From a virus (taxonomy: Duplodnaviria; Caudoviricetes), in the IMG/VR virus record IMGVR_UViG_3300042453_003688, positions 1-60,133 of that record: a DNA stretch of 60,133 nucleotides. One strand, written 5' to 3'. Positions 1-10,496 of this stretch are shown here, one piece after another; within the stretch, counting starts at the first letter, position 1; each line of letters begins with the position of its first letter. The notes beneath the pieces are model-generated. The model did no database searches. It was not told the origin of the DNA and saw only the letters and a program-made list of their open reading frames with translations. A program made the position numbers and the translations under genes.

Positions 1-124
1 AGCACCCACCCACCAACCGCACTACACAGCGTGCTAGACAGCTGGAGCGTCAAGAGCAGACGCGACAAGTGGGTTTACAAGGCCGCGCGAGACGAAATTT
101 ACCTCCCCACACACGGAGGATTTT
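1..124. repeat. Terminal direct repeat, left copy (identical to 60010-60133)
   Basis: Exact 124-nt match between the two ends; circular assembly overlap or terminal redundancy. Confidence 0.97.
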
Positions 125-672
125 CCATAAAAGTTTGCCCTGTCCGCTAGTTAGGACATGGGCCCCCTTCGCGGGCTGACTATTGCATTATTAGGAAAGC
201 ATTATTGGAATTCCCCACCACGGGCCCACATAGAGGCCAGGGAGGATATCACTAGAATTGTACGGAGATGTATCTTTTCTGGGGAGACTAACAGGGGGCA
301 TCCCCCGGTACTAAGCCGGCGGCATTCCTAACACTTCTACACTCTTGACGTAGCTAAACAGGGAGCCAAGTAGGGGGGGAGTATGCAGGAACGCAGCAGG
401 GCCCCGACAGACAGGCAGCACAGGCGGCTGACGGGGTACTACGCTAGCTCCAAGGTGCCGGCGAGCAGGAGCACGGACGACCAGGACGAGCACGGGCCCC
501 TACGCTAGTGATGATGTCGCAGGTAAGCCACTAGATGGAACTATACTTAACTATAATGGATAGATAGGGTAGGCAAGGTAGAGGCAAGCACTGTATCTAT
601 TAGGGTCTAGCAATGTTTCTATTACTAGCCTAACAGTGTCTCTTACGGTTAAGCATTGTCTCTTATACATAG

Positions 673-701
673 ATTATACAAACCACCAATAATAGTGTCA
701 A
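673..701 (-). promoter_or_regulatory. Consensus sigma70 promoter, leftward
   Basis: Minus strand TTGACA-N17-TATAAT (plus tgtcaa 696-701, attata 673-678). Confidence 0.85.
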
Positions 702-723
702 GTACTATTTATTGACACAAGTA

Positions 724-753
724 TTGACAACACACATAGCAATGATGTACTAT
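724..753 (+). promoter_or_regulatory. sigma70-type promoter, rightward
   Basis: TTGACA(724-729)-N18-TACTAT(748-753); ATG at 763 gives an almost leaderless mRNA. Confidence 0.7.
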
Positions 754-762
754 TCTCCTACC

Positions 763-1083
763 ATGCCGACTAGACCCATTAAAAATCGTCTCGTACCCTA
801 CAAGATAATGGTGTGTCTCCTTTACGGGGAATACACCTGGCTTTCGCGGGCATCAGACGACCCCTCATCCCTCTCTCTCCGCCTCGGTCCCATGTCAAGG
901 TTTCTCCGGGTCAGTTCCTCCCGCCTCCGGGAGCACCTCGACTGGCTCTCTACCCGCCGGTATCTCGCCTCCCTATCGGTGAAGTATGGAGAAGCCGTGG
1001 TGACTATCCGGCCCCCGCTGGCAACCCTCCCCCACCCGCCAGCGGGCGGCCCCCCCACCCAGGAGTACCATGCGTCGCTCTAG
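763..1083 (+). CDS. Hypothetical protein, possible winged-helix DNA-binding protein
   Basis: ORF 712-1083, likely start ATG 763 after the promoter; the segment MSRFLRVSSSRLREHLDWLSTRRYL resembles an HTH/wing pattern. Confidence 0.5.
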   Translation: MPTRPIKNRLVPYKIMVCLLYGEYTWLSRASDDPSSLSLRLGPMSRFLRVSSSRLREHLDWLSTRRYLASLSVKYGEAVVTIRPPLATLPHPPAGGPPTQEYHASL

Positions 1084-1576
1084 TAACACTCCAGGTGACA
1101 CTCTGCATTCCGTAGCAGCTGAGGTTATTTTCCAACCCACAGAGCCCCAGCGCAAACTGAAGGCTACCCTGCTAGCCAAATTGGCAGACAACCCCCTCTA
1201 CGACCTGGCTTCCCTGTCCCTGGCCCAAGTGCAGGAACTAACCAGCAATAGTAGCGTCCACAAATGGTGGTCCACCCCCGGATTCTCCGACTGGCTCCTG
1301 GATAAGAATGAGAACCGGGCCAAGCTGGAATACCTATTCTCTCTAGCCCTGGAAGCAGCCGAGCAGATTCTGATGAACACTGACCCCAAGGCCCAAGGTT
1401 CCCGCGTAGCAATGATAAAGACCCTGGCTGAGTTGGCCGGCAAGCTACCCGGTAAACAACCGGCAGCAGTCTCTAAAGCCAACGAAATCGCAGCCGTACA
1501 AACCATGGACCGCACTCAACTAATGGAATTCCTGGCTACTCGTGGCCTTATTTCTTCTGTCCCCAATAAAGAATAG
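1070..1576 (+). CDS. Putative terminase small subunit
   Basis: 168 aa, helical, HTH-like centre (VHKWWSTPGF), near start of packaging arm; positional inference. Confidence 0.5.
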   Translation: MRRSSNTPGDTLHSVAAEVIFQPTEPQRKLKATLLAKLADNPLYDLASLSLAQVQELTSNSSVHKWWSTPGFSDWLLDKNENRAKLEYLFSLALEAAEQILMNTDPKAQGSRVAMIKTLAELAGKLPGKQPAAVSKANEIAAVQTMDRTQLMEFLATRGLISSVPNKE

Positions 1577-1605
1577 TAGACAACCCCAACCCTCTTTGTT
1601 AAGAT
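1577..1605 (+). promoter_or_regulatory. sigma70-type promoter with extended -10
   Basis: TAGACA-N17-TAAGAT with TGn before the -10, intergenic. Confidence 0.65.
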
Positions 1606-1631
1606 GACAGGGCAGTGCAGGAAGTTATAGA

Positions 1632-2216
1632 GTGCTAATTCATCCCGGTACGCAAACTCAACTGGTGAAGTTATCCGCTCCCGCAGCCGGTACTACTGCT
1701 AGGGATTTCTCTATCCAATCGGACGCCGTCCTCCTATCGCTCTCGGCTAGCGCAGTCTCCGGTAACCTAAGCGTAGTCGTCTACCCAGTGGCCTCCGACG
1801 GCACGACTTCAAGCCCCGCTCTGGTTTCGTTTCCTGTACTTTCTGCTCCCACCTCCGGGATAGTTACCGTACAGTCTGGCGTCATCCCCAGTGCCCTGCG
1901 TCTGGTGGCTACCTACTCTGGTCCCTGTTCCTTCGAGGTCGTTGCCAAGGCAGTATCTTCGCCGGTAGGTGAAGTGGAAATAGTAGGCACCGTAGACGTT
2001 GAGCTGGTAGAAAACCTGCGTCAACAAATCCTAAAGGCAGCAGACAGAGTGACCTCTTACACCTACGCCGATGTAGCATCCAACAAGAATCGCCGCATTA
2101 CTAGAATAGACTACACCGCAAGTTCCATCGGCAGCTACACTGCCAGACGAAATATAAATTACACGCTAGTGGGGACTGAATACGTCCGCACTACAGATAC
2201 ATGGGAGATATTATAA
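1632..2216 (+). CDS. Virion structural/appendage protein
   Basis: 194 aa beta-rich Ser/Thr/Val ORF, coupled to next gene. Confidence 0.6.
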   Translation: MLIHPGTQTQLVKLSAPAAGTTARDFSIQSDAVLLSLSASAVSGNLSVVVYPVASDGTTSSPALVSFPVLSAPTSGIVTVQSGVIPSALRLVATYSGPCSFEVVAKAVSSPVGEVEIVGTVDVELVENLRQQILKAADRVTSYTYADVASNKNRRITRIDYTASSIGSYTARRNINYTLVGTEYVRTTDTWEIL

Positions 2217-2218
2217 CA

Positions 2219-4564
2219 ATGAAGTTAGTAGACCTCAACCTACTGGATAGCGTCGGAACGAGCTACGACCAGACAAGAACCACAATCGCTGGACGAGTAA
2301 CACAGCGGACGATTGATTCTAAGCCGGTGCTTGGTCCATCACCAACTAGGTTTTTGGACGTTTTCTCGGATACGGCGGGCGCGTTCACACCGACGACCAC
2401 TATGTTTGCAACCGACAATGGCCGCATTTTCATGATTGGTGCCGTCGCTGGTGGCGCTCTCCCAGTCGTCTGTTATGAAATAAATCAATCTACAGGCCAG
2501 CACACTTATGTTGGTCGTATAAACATTATCATGCCCGGGCAGGGTCCGTTGATTGTTCACACAATTCGTTCAATTAAAGTGATTGATAACGGAACTACGG
2601 GCTGGAAAATATACGTCATAGCAACCGGAACTATTCTGCTTGGTGGCTCTGGTGTTTTACTTGCAAACAATATTTCACGCTCAGACTTTTCTCAGGTATC
2701 TCCTCCAACCATTCCATTTGCTACTGGCAACGACCAAAAAGCAGTTTACCAACTAGGTCGCTTGCCTTCTCTTAATTCACGCTCAATGACCATAACGTTA
2801 GGAACACCTGTAAAGTTCAACTTCGTTGGTCATGGCTTTAATAACAACGACCAAGTTTATTTCACTTCGCAAGTTGGCCCGGCGTGGACGACTTCGACAT
2901 TTGTGGTCAACACAAAGTATTTTGTCCGTAATGCAACAGCCAACGACTTCGAACTTTCAGCGTCATTCAACGGAGCATCGATAGGTGCCGCCGCTGGACC
3001 TACTTCAGTAGTTATGCAACCACTGAATCAAGAGCTTGACGCCTTTGGAGCAATTATCGATGTGGCAAACAATAGGTTATACACCCACGTTGGAACTGCC
3101 GCGCTTTCTCAGTATTTTGTGCGGGATACGTCAGTTGCCCCAACATACTCAACGCTGACGGTCGACGTGATAACAGGAACGCCAGCTAAAATTTCACTTA
3201 TTTCCCACGGCCTGACAGAAAATGAGCCTGTTCAATTTTTAGCAGGCTCTCTTCCAACCGGATTTTTGCTGAACACAACTTACTTTGTGCGCAATCCAAC
3301 GGCTAACGACCTTGAGCTTTCTGCAACGGCTGGCGGTGCATCTATTAACGCCGCAACAACCGCAGCGGGAGTGACTCTCGGAAAAGCTTTTGGTTACACA
3401 AATAGCCAGTGGCTTCACAAAACAAGCATTCTTCCAGCCATTTCTGGGACACTTCTTTCAACAACAGACGTTGATGCTATAGCGACGCCAACAAATGCTC
3501 CACTTAACGGCTCACTACTTAACGGCCAGAAGTGTGCATTTTTTGCAACATCGACTAACCTCTATCTCGGAAGGTTAGACGAGCTAACTTCTGAAACCAC
3601 AAATTGGCCAAGCCTTACAACATCCAACATGCTTGGCTTGCCGTCTCAAATTGTTGCGCCAGTTGTTGTTAGTGCAAGTTGGTCGGATGCTCTTGACCAC
3701 GCAATAATTTTGTTTGGTCAGGTTGCTGTCGCTCAATTCAGGTTCATGCTCAAAAAAGTCGAAAACAATAAAATTACCACCATGTTCGGGGGCGTTAACG
3801 CCGACTTTTATGAGACGACAACACGAGAAGCTTACAAATTAGAACTGGCAGCGCAGCCTCTCAACTTCACAAATAACAATGGGTGGCTATTTGCTATTAG
3901 CGGTGCAACTGGGCAGCGCGGCATTATAGCTTCAGACGTTCGCTCAGACTGTCTTTTTGACCACAGCTACATTGTCTCTAAGGTTGTCACGCTCCCGCAG
4001 AATTCAATACTTAAAGCCATCGTTGCGATGGAAGAATTGGCAAATCAATCCGGATTAGTAGATGTTTACTACCGCACATCGGGCTTTGGTTCGATAGCTG
4101 GCGGCTGGACATCTATTGACGACAAGCAGGAACTCAATCTTTCTGTTGCGTCACAAGTTCAATTTAAGCTTTGTTTTAAAACTCACTCAATTGAAAGAAC
4201 GACCCACGTTCAAGTTTCTGATGTCTTTGTTGGATACGACGCGCTGGAAGAACTCTCAGACAATTGGGAATACTCCTACGACGACTCCTCCTCAGGTTCT
4301 CCTACTCGAATTGGTTTCCGCCTGAAGCAGGCCTACGCTAGCGCAGTCCCATTAACACTAAGATTCCAGGCTTCTGACCTCAGTGCTACAATTGTAGTTA
4401 ATCAGACAATTACAAGTAATCCCAGCAACTTTGAGTACTCGACAGACGGTGGAACTACCTGGCTTGCCCTCGGTACAATTCCTAACGTCGTGGGTACCCT
4501 GGTACGGTACACCTTCACGTCGCCTCCTGGAACTGACATTCGCCCAAGCCTGAAGGATAGCTAA
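2219..4564 (+). CDS. Large beta-rich virion appendage / receptor-binding-like protein
   Basis: ORF 2201-4564, likely ATG 2219; two internal repeats HGF/L-x4-V-x-F...YFVRN-x-TAND-F/L-ELSA. Confidence 0.65.
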   Translation: MKLVDLNLLDSVGTSYDQTRTTIAGRVTQRTIDSKPVLGPSPTRFLDVFSDTAGAFTPTTTMFATDNGRIFMIGAVAGGALPVVCYEINQSTGQHTYVGRINIIMPGQGPLIVHTIRSIKVIDNGTTGWKIYVIATGTILLGGSGVLLANNISRSDFSQVSPPTIPFATGNDQKAVYQLGRLPSLNSRSMTITLGTPVKFNFVGHGFNNNDQVYFTSQVGPAWTTSTFVVNTKYFVRNATANDFELSASFNGASIGAAAGPTSVVMQPLNQELDAFGAIIDVANNRLYTHVGTAALSQYFVRDTSVAPTYSTLTVDVITGTPAKISLISHGLTENEPVQFLAGSLPTGFLLNTTYFVRNPTANDLELSATAGGASINAATTAAGVTLGKAFGYTNSQWLHKTSILPAISGTLLSTTDVDAIATPTNAPLNGSLLNGQKCAFFATSTNLYLGRLDELTSETTNWPSLTTSNMLGLPSQIVAPVVVSASWSDALDHAIILFGQVAVAQFRFMLKKVENNKITTMFGGVNADFYETTTREAYKLELAAQPLNFTNNNGWLFAISGATGQRGIIASDVRSDCLFDHSYIVSKVVTLPQNSILKAIVAMEELANQSGLVDVYYRTSGFGSIAGGWTSIDDKQELNLSVASQVQFKLCFKTHSIERTTHVQVSDVFVGYDALEELSDNWEYSYDDSSSGSPTRIGFRLKQAYASAVPLTLRFQASDLSATIVVNQTITSNPSNFEYSTDGGTTWLALGTIPNVVGTLVRYTFTSPPGTDIRPSLKDS

Positions 4565-5652
4565 TGTCTAATCTTCTATTTGCCGGAGGCCCTGTTGTAC
4601 AGGGCACTACTCTCGGCAATATATTCGGTAATCAGCTTATAACGGGCGGGGCTATCCAGTCCAGCTCGCAAGCTTGTATTATCGACCTGACGCCTCCCAC
4701 CTTTGCAGGCATCACGTTCCTGGGCAGAGGGGCTCTAGGTCAATTACGAGCCATGTGGTCAGCAGCCTCTGACTCATCAGCTCCCATTAGGTATGAAGTG
4801 TATGTACAAGAAGAGCCAGCCTCCAATCTATTCCACCCTAACAACGTCGCCCTTGTAACTCCTAATTTGCAAGCAGACATTTTCGCCATAGCCAACGGCA
4901 CACTTCTGCAATCCGGTGTAAAATACTACGTCGGCGTGCGGGCAGTAGACGCAGTCGGTAATCGCGATAATAACACTGTTAATTTATTTCAAACTAGTCC
5001 AGGCATTACAGGCGCAACTAACGCCTCTATTAACGGTGTATTCGCTGTTAATACCAGTAATCAGCTTATTGCCAGTTTCTGGGTAAACGACAACGACGGC
5101 GTAATCAGTAATCCAGCCCGTCTGGGTCTCGCTAGCTACGTTATCTACGACCAGAACGGCAATCTCGTGCCAAGCATGACACAGAGTAACATTGCTCCAG
5201 ACGCTGAAGGATTCTACGAAATTACTCCAGTCGCTTCTGTTCTGGACCTGGATAATACTTACTACACCGTCAAGGTAACTATTCCGGTTGACGGCATATC
5301 AATTGTTTACAACCTGCCAATTACCTACGCTGAAGCTGGTCCTCAGTACGAGCCTCGGGCAGTCTTTAGTATCGATGCCGCTAACCAGTTGCAGGCTACC
5401 ATCTGGATTACTAAGAACGGAGAACAGCTAAGCAGTAACCTGGGCACCGCTTCTTACGCCATCTACAACAGAGACGGTATAGCTGTGGGCATTTCTCAGT
5501 CAGGAATTACGGCAGACGTTAACGGCTTGTTCAAGATTGCCCCAGTCATTGCCAGCTCTATCGTTGACTTAACCCACTACACTGTTATAATTACAGTTAC
5601 AGCCGATGGGGCGGTTCGCAAAGGCGCCATTGGAATCACGGTGGCTGAATAA
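4564..5652 (+). CDS. Virion protein with fibronectin-III/Ig-like domain
   Basis: DLTPPTF...WSAASD...YEVY...YYVGVRAVDAVGN FN3 pattern; two C-terminal repeats (VFAVNTSNQL / VFSIDAANQL). Confidence 0.65.
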   Translation: MSNLLFAGGPVVQGTTLGNIFGNQLITGGAIQSSSQACIIDLTPPTFAGITFLGRGALGQLRAMWSAASDSSAPIRYEVYVQEEPASNLFHPNNVALVTPNLQADIFAIANGTLLQSGVKYYVGVRAVDAVGNRDNNTVNLFQTSPGITGATNASINGVFAVNTSNQLIASFWVNDNDGVISNPARLGLASYVIYDQNGNLVPSMTQSNIAPDAEGFYEITPVASVLDLDNTYYTVKVTIPVDGISIVYNLPITYAEAGPQYEPRAVFSIDAANQLQATIWITKNGEQLSSNLGTASYAIYNRDGIAVGISQSGITADVNGLFKIAPVIASSIVDLTHYTVIITVTADGAVRKGAIGITVAE

Positions 5653-6197
5653 TGGCTACCAGACGGGTAAACATGTTAACTAATAATCACTATGTGCAGC
5701 CGCTAAAGCTAGCCTTCTTCAATAGGAAAGTGATTGCTCCAGGCGCTGCTTACAATAGCTTGATTACTAAGCCAACTTACGAGAGGCCGCAGTTTAGGGA
5801 CTACAAGATTAAGGCTTGGATGCGCTTTAATTCTAATACTTTCGATGGCGCACAGCTTATAGCCAGCCTGGTGCTGGATAATAAGTTCAAATCAATTGGC
5901 TCCTGTACATTTAAGTTGTACTCTATTGACCCCTCTAGCAATTGGACAGAAACACTTCGAGCAACTCTTCCAGGCACTGCCCTTTCTCCCAGCAGATTTG
6001 CAGTAGACGTTTCAGAAGCCCTGGTTCTCCCTGCTGACTTCACGGGCGAACTAACTTATAGACTTGAGGTAGAATTGACCCGCTATGCTAAAGTATATCG
6101 AGACACTTTCTACTTCAATCATGTGGGCATTTACGGCAGTCTTATTAGCCTTAAGAACAAAGTAGAATTCTTAGACATAACTAAATTGGACGAATAA
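5652..6197 (+). CDS. Hypothetical protein, probably structural
   Basis: 181 aa, TAATG coupling with upstream gene. Confidence 0.6.
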   Translation: MATRRVNMLTNNHYVQPLKLAFFNRKVIAPGAAYNSLITKPTYERPQFRDYKIKAWMRFNSNTFDGAQLIASLVLDNKFKSIGSCTFKLYSIDPSSNWTETLRATLPGTALSPSRFAVDVSEALVLPADFTGELTYRLEVELTRYAKVYRDTFYFNHVGIYGSLISLKNKVEFLDITKLDE

Positions 6198-6200
6198 ACA

Positions 6201-6584
6201 ATGAACGCTTGGATTCCACGCCTAATATCCCTACCACTATCTCCCACTGTAGTCGGAGCTTCACAGACTAACGTACCGGTCAGTAAACGCTTCGCTATTA
6301 CAGCAGGCGGCTCTCGCAGTATGGTAATTGCCATCAAGGCCAGCAGCGTAACAGCGGGAGCTGGCATCACTGCCAAGCTGCGTTCCAGCATTGGAGAGAA
6401 CACTCCAGTAGACGCAAAGACTGTCAGCATAGCAGCAGACGGCATTGTCTACCTGAAGCTGGATATCAATATTTCTGGCGACCAGACCCATCTTCCCCTG
6501 CTTTCCTTGGGCGAAATTGTTCTTACAACCGGCGCAGGCAGCGCAGCAACTATTGATGCTGTTTGGGTTCTTCAAGAAGATTGA
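6201..6584 (+). CDS. Hypothetical beta-sandwich structural protein
   Basis: 127 aa, beta-rich, in operon. Confidence 0.55.
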   Translation: MNAWIPRLISLPLSPTVVGASQTNVPVSKRFAITAGGSRSMVIAIKASSVTAGAGITAKLRSSIGENTPVDAKTVSIAADGIVYLKLDINISGDQTHLPLLSLGEIVLTTGAGSAATIDAVWVLQED

Positions 6585-6595
6585 GTTAATTACTA

Positions 6596-8041
6596 ATGTC
6601 TAATGATGTTCTAGCAGCAGCCGTAGCGCGGCTCAAGAAGCTTGAACTTCAGGAGTGCTTTGACCCGGCCATCCCGGGAAGTAGACCGACTCCTATGCAA
6701 GAGTCCGTCTTCAAAGAATTCGGCAACATCAAGCGTCAGTGGATAGTAGCAGGTAACCAGTCAGGCAAGTCAGCCACTTGCGCACGCATCGTCAGCTGGT
6801 TTGTCACCGGCACTCACCCCCACTGGAAGAAGCCTCTGCAGTGGGGCAATGAACCCCTGCTAGTCATCGTTGCCGGACGTACAGGCAAACAGATAGAAGA
6901 CTCCCTCCTTCCCAAACTTATCTCCTTTCTGGAAGAGGGAACTTACAAGGTAGTGCGCATAGGCAACATAGCTCAGCGCATAGAGCTAGATAATGGAAGT
7001 CGTATCATCTTCCAATCTCTCGAAAACCCCAACGTAGCGCGGGAACGCCTCCAGTCCTACGTAGCCCACCTTGTATGGGTGGACGAAATGCCAGCAACCA
7101 TTGGTATCATCAACGAGCTCATCCTACGGGTCCAGGCCCGGAACGGTTTCTTTCTGGCTTCCTTTACTCCACTCATGAGAAATCTGGACATCCAGAAAAT
7201 GGTGGAGGCTGAGCAAGCCCCCGCAGGCAAGAAATACCACTTCGCCATGCTAGATAACCCAGTCTACAACGACCCCAAGCGTAAGGCTGAAATTCTTGAG
7301 AGCATGGCTACTCTGCCTGAAGCTGTCAGGAACACACGCCTTTACGGCACCTGGTCAAGCAGCGAATCCCACGTCTACTACTTCGACCCCGCCAGCATGG
7401 TAGAGGCCCCAAAGAATTACTCTCCTAGCTGGCGTCACGTTGAAGCTAGCGACCCGGCCCTCCAAAGTAAGTTCGGTTTTACTCTCTGGGCTGAAGACCC
7501 TTCCACCGGCATTTGGTACTGCGTAAAGGCCGACTACATTAGCGGCATCTACGTACCGGAAGCAGTAGTTGAAGAGATAAAGAATAGAACCCAAGGCTAT
7601 AATATTATTAGGAGAGTTGCCGACCCTCACGAAAGTTGGTATCTCCATACAGCTAACAGTAAGGGCATGACCTACGTAACCCCCTGGAATAAGAATAGCC
7701 GCAAGGGCGAACTTATAAAGAACCTCCAGACCGCCCTAGGGACATCCATCCGCATAGCCCCCTGGTGCTCCGACCTCATTGATGAGCTTACCGGCTGCCA
7801 GTGGTCAGACACTACGGCAGGTAAGATTGTTAACAGCAGTTCCTACCATCTTTTAGATAGTGCCCAGTATTTCGTAGATTGCAAACCTAAATGGGATGGG
7901 GTACAATTTGTAAAGCCGTGGCATGCTGAATTACGCGAAGCTAACGAGGTTCGTAAAAAGGAAGAAAAGCTAGCTCAGGCTGTCCGTGTAACTAACCGCA
8001 GAAAATGGGCCCTAGGTCCCAGAGGGAGTAGGCGATTATGA
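6596..8041 (+). CDS. terL: Terminase large subunit
   Basis: Walker A AGNQSGKS, Walker B LVWVDE, coupling motif FTP, C-terminal nuclease with HLLDSAQY. Confidence 0.92.
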   Translation: MSNDVLAAAVARLKKLELQECFDPAIPGSRPTPMQESVFKEFGNIKRQWIVAGNQSGKSATCARIVSWFVTGTHPHWKKPLQWGNEPLLVIVAGRTGKQIEDSLLPKLISFLEEGTYKVVRIGNIAQRIELDNGSRIIFQSLENPNVARERLQSYVAHLVWVDEMPATIGIINELILRVQARNGFFLASFTPLMRNLDIQKMVEAEQAPAGKKYHFAMLDNPVYNDPKRKAEILESMATLPEAVRNTRLYGTWSSSESHVYYFDPASMVEAPKNYSPSWRHVEASDPALQSKFGFTLWAEDPSTGIWYCVKADYISGIYVPEAVVEEIKNRTQGYNIIRRVADPHESWYLHTANSKGMTYVTPWNKNSRKGELIKNLQTALGTSIRIAPWCSDLIDELTGCQWSDTTAGKIVNSSSYHLLDSAQYFVDCKPKWDGVQFVKPWHAELREANEVRKKEEKLAQAVRVTNRRKWALGPRGSRRL

Positions 8042-8187
8042 TGGAATTCTTATTGGCCGTCCATCTTGCTATCCCCGTTGCTGGACTTCTTTTTCTTGCC
8101 ATCAGGGCCGAGAAGAAGAAACTCCTGTCTGAACGTCGTAAACTATCACAAACATTGCTAATTGCTGCCAGGGGAAGGAGGAGATAG
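8038..8187 (+). CDS. Small membrane-anchored protein (49 aa, not in ORF track)
   Basis: MMEFLLAVHLAIPVAGLLFLAIRAEKKKLL...RRR; ATGA overlap with terL stop. Confidence 0.6.
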   Translation: MMEFLLAVHLAIPVAGLLFLAIRAEKKKLLSERRKLSQTLLIAARGRRR

Positions 8188-8468
8188 TGGACATTAAAAT
8201 TACCATCAGTAACATTGCTAGAAACAATCCTCCCTCTAAACAAGATAGCACTTGCAAATCCCCCTCACTTCAGGATAAAATTGATTATGCGTTGGGGCTC
8301 CTGGAAGCCAGTGCCCCTAATCGCAAGCAAGCTGTAGACTTCCTACAAAAAGCCTACCACGCTATACAGAAGCAGCACCCCTACAAACAGCATCACTCTG
8401 ATATGATGGAAAAGCTGCAGGCTGTCTTCTCTACCTACGGCATCAAGTACAAGAACTCTCAGGATTAA
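8187..8468 (+). CDS. Hypothetical protein
   Basis: 93 aa, strong RBS (AGGAGG) before GTG. Confidence 0.65.
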   Translation: MDIKITISNIARNNPPSKQDSTCKSPSLQDKIDYALGLLEASAPNRKQAVDFLQKAYHAIQKQHPYKQHHSDMMEKLQAVFSTYGIKYKNSQD

Positions 8469-8474
8469 CAGAAT

Positions 8475-10496
8475 ATGGCACGTATCGTAACCTGGACTCC
8501 TGACGCCGCTAAAAAAGAATTAGCTAAACGGCTTCAGTACTGCAAGGATGCACGAAAAAACCACGAGTATCAGTGGGAAGAGTGTGAGCGGGCCGTATTC
8601 AATACACGCGCCAAGAGTTTCTCACCAAACCTATCTGTATCCTTTCAATCTGAAGTAGAGCTTGGTATCACTGACGTCGACGCAAGTACAAACGACATCG
8701 GTATTAACTACACTTTCAAGAACCTCCGTTTCATTCACTCACAACTCTCAGCTAATCCCCCCTCAGTAGTCGTGCGCCCCACGTCGAACGACCCGTCTGA
8801 CCGCCGCAAGGCCGACGCTGCTGACAGGCTTATAAGATTTGCCCTGCGTCAGTATAAGATGCAGGAACTTTTCGACCGCACCTCCATGTACACTCTCGTC
8901 CTCGGCACCGGATTCGTCAAAACAATCTGGGACCCAGAGAAGGGCGACATTATCGACATGGATGAAACTACTGGCGAACTGACAATGGAAGGGGACATTA
9001 CTGTAAGTAATCCCTCCACTTGGGACGTCTACATTGACCCTGACGCTACCTGCTGGGACGAAGTAAAATTCATGTTCGAGCGTATCTACATGCCGTATGA
9101 GGAAGCTCTTTTCAAGTTCCCAGGCATGGAAGAGATTCTAGAGAAGGTACGCATTAAAGAAGAAGCACAGCGTCACGAGTACGGGTCACACACCGCCCTG
9201 ACTGAGAAGAAGTACGACGTTGTAGAAGTCTACCAGTACTGGGAAAAGGGTCTGCCGTACAACGGTATGGTAGGCAGGTTCTGCTACTTGACCCGCGACG
9301 GCGACCTCCTGACTCCAGTTGGTCCTAATCCCATGCGGTTTTCTCCACCACGTAATCACGGCATTGAAGACCTCTCTAACAGCATGGAAGAAATGAAACC
9401 CCTTCCAGCTAAGGCAGTGCTTCCCTATCACATCTTCACTGACATCGACCTTCCGGGCACCTGCTGGGGTCGCAGTATCGTAGCGTTCGAGGCACCGCTT
9501 CAGGATATGTATAATAGGATGCTTAACGTGACGATGGATAACATCCAGGCTCACGGTGTAGCTCGCCTCATTCTCCCCGAAGGCGCAGAGATTGCTGATG
9601 GCTCGATTACTAACAGCCCCTGGGACATCGTAAAGATTACAGGCAATCAGCCTCCCCACTTCATGGAACCTATGCCCCTGCCTACTGCAATGCCACAGAT
9701 GATAAATATGGCTAAGCAGGGGATAGATGACATGGCAGGCGTTAACGAAGCCATGTTCGGCCAACAGTCCAGAGAACAGTCTGGCTTCTCGATGCAGTAT
9801 GCTACCAATCAAGGTAACATGATACGTCGAAGATTATTTAATAAATACGTACTACTTACTGAGAACGTCTATAAGGCTTTCCTTAACCTGGTGAAAAAAC
9901 ACTGGGAAGAGAACAGAGTTATTTACGTACTCGGTAAAGAGAAAGCATTCGAAGCAGTCGATGTTAAAGGAAGTGACATTGACGGTGGATTTGACCTGGT
10001 GGTAGAATACGGTGCAAGCCTTTCCTTGGACCCGACTACGCGCCGCCAGGAAATCCTCACGATGATGCCTCTTTTCAAAGAAGCAGGCATCTCCCCACGT
10101 ACAGCCCTTCAGCTCCTTAAACTCAACGAACTGGAAGGCATGTACGACATTGTTCAGATGGCTGAAGATAGGCAGCGGGAAATCTTTGAAGAGATGATTG
10201 CCAAAGATATCTACATTCCGCCTCGCGAAATGCAAGACCATACTAACATGCTAAGTTACGCATACAACTTTGTTATGACTAGCGAATTCAAGTACCTGCG
10301 CCCGGAACACCAGGCCCTGATTGAACGCCATATCAAAGAGCGTGAGCAGTTGAAGATGGCCAGTGCAGCCGCTGCCCAACCAGGCGCTCCAGGAATGCCC
10401 GGCGCAGCCCCCGCCCCCGGCGGTCTCCCAGCAGTACCTGGTTCAGGCGGCCCGCTTGACGTAATGCAAGCTGGCCCTAACATCGTGAACAAGTAA
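8475..10496 (+). CDS. Portal protein (P22/podovirus-like)
   Basis: 673 aa downstream of terL; GTGFVKTIWD, WGRSIV, DDMAGVNEAMFGQ motifs; Pro/Gly tail. Confidence 0.9.
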   Translation: MARIVTWTPDAAKKELAKRLQYCKDARKNHEYQWEECERAVFNTRAKSFSPNLSVSFQSEVELGITDVDASTNDIGINYTFKNLRFIHSQLSANPPSVVVRPTSNDPSDRRKADAADRLIRFALRQYKMQELFDRTSMYTLVLGTGFVKTIWDPEKGDIIDMDETTGELTMEGDITVSNPSTWDVYIDPDATCWDEVKFMFERIYMPYEEALFKFPGMEEILEKVRIKEEAQRHEYGSHTALTEKKYDVVEVYQYWEKGLPYNGMVGRFCYLTRDGDLLTPVGPNPMRFSPPRNHGIEDLSNSMEEMKPLPAKAVLPYHIFTDIDLPGTCWGRSIVAFEAPLQDMYNRMLNVTMDNIQAHGVARLILPEGAEIADGSITNSPWDIVKITGNQPPHFMEPMPLPTAMPQMINMAKQGIDDMAGVNEAMFGQQSREQSGFSMQYATNQGNMIRRRLFNKYVLLTENVYKAFLNLVKKHWEENRVIYVLGKEKAFEAVDVKGSDIDGGFDLVVEYGASLSLDPTTRRQEILTMMPLFKEAGISPRTALQLLKLNELEGMYDIVQMAEDRQREIFEEMIAKDIYIPPREMQDHTNMLSYAYNFVMTSEFKYLRPEHQALIERHIKEREQLKMASAAAAQPGAPGMPGAAPAPGGLPAVPGSGGPLDVMQAGPNIVNK

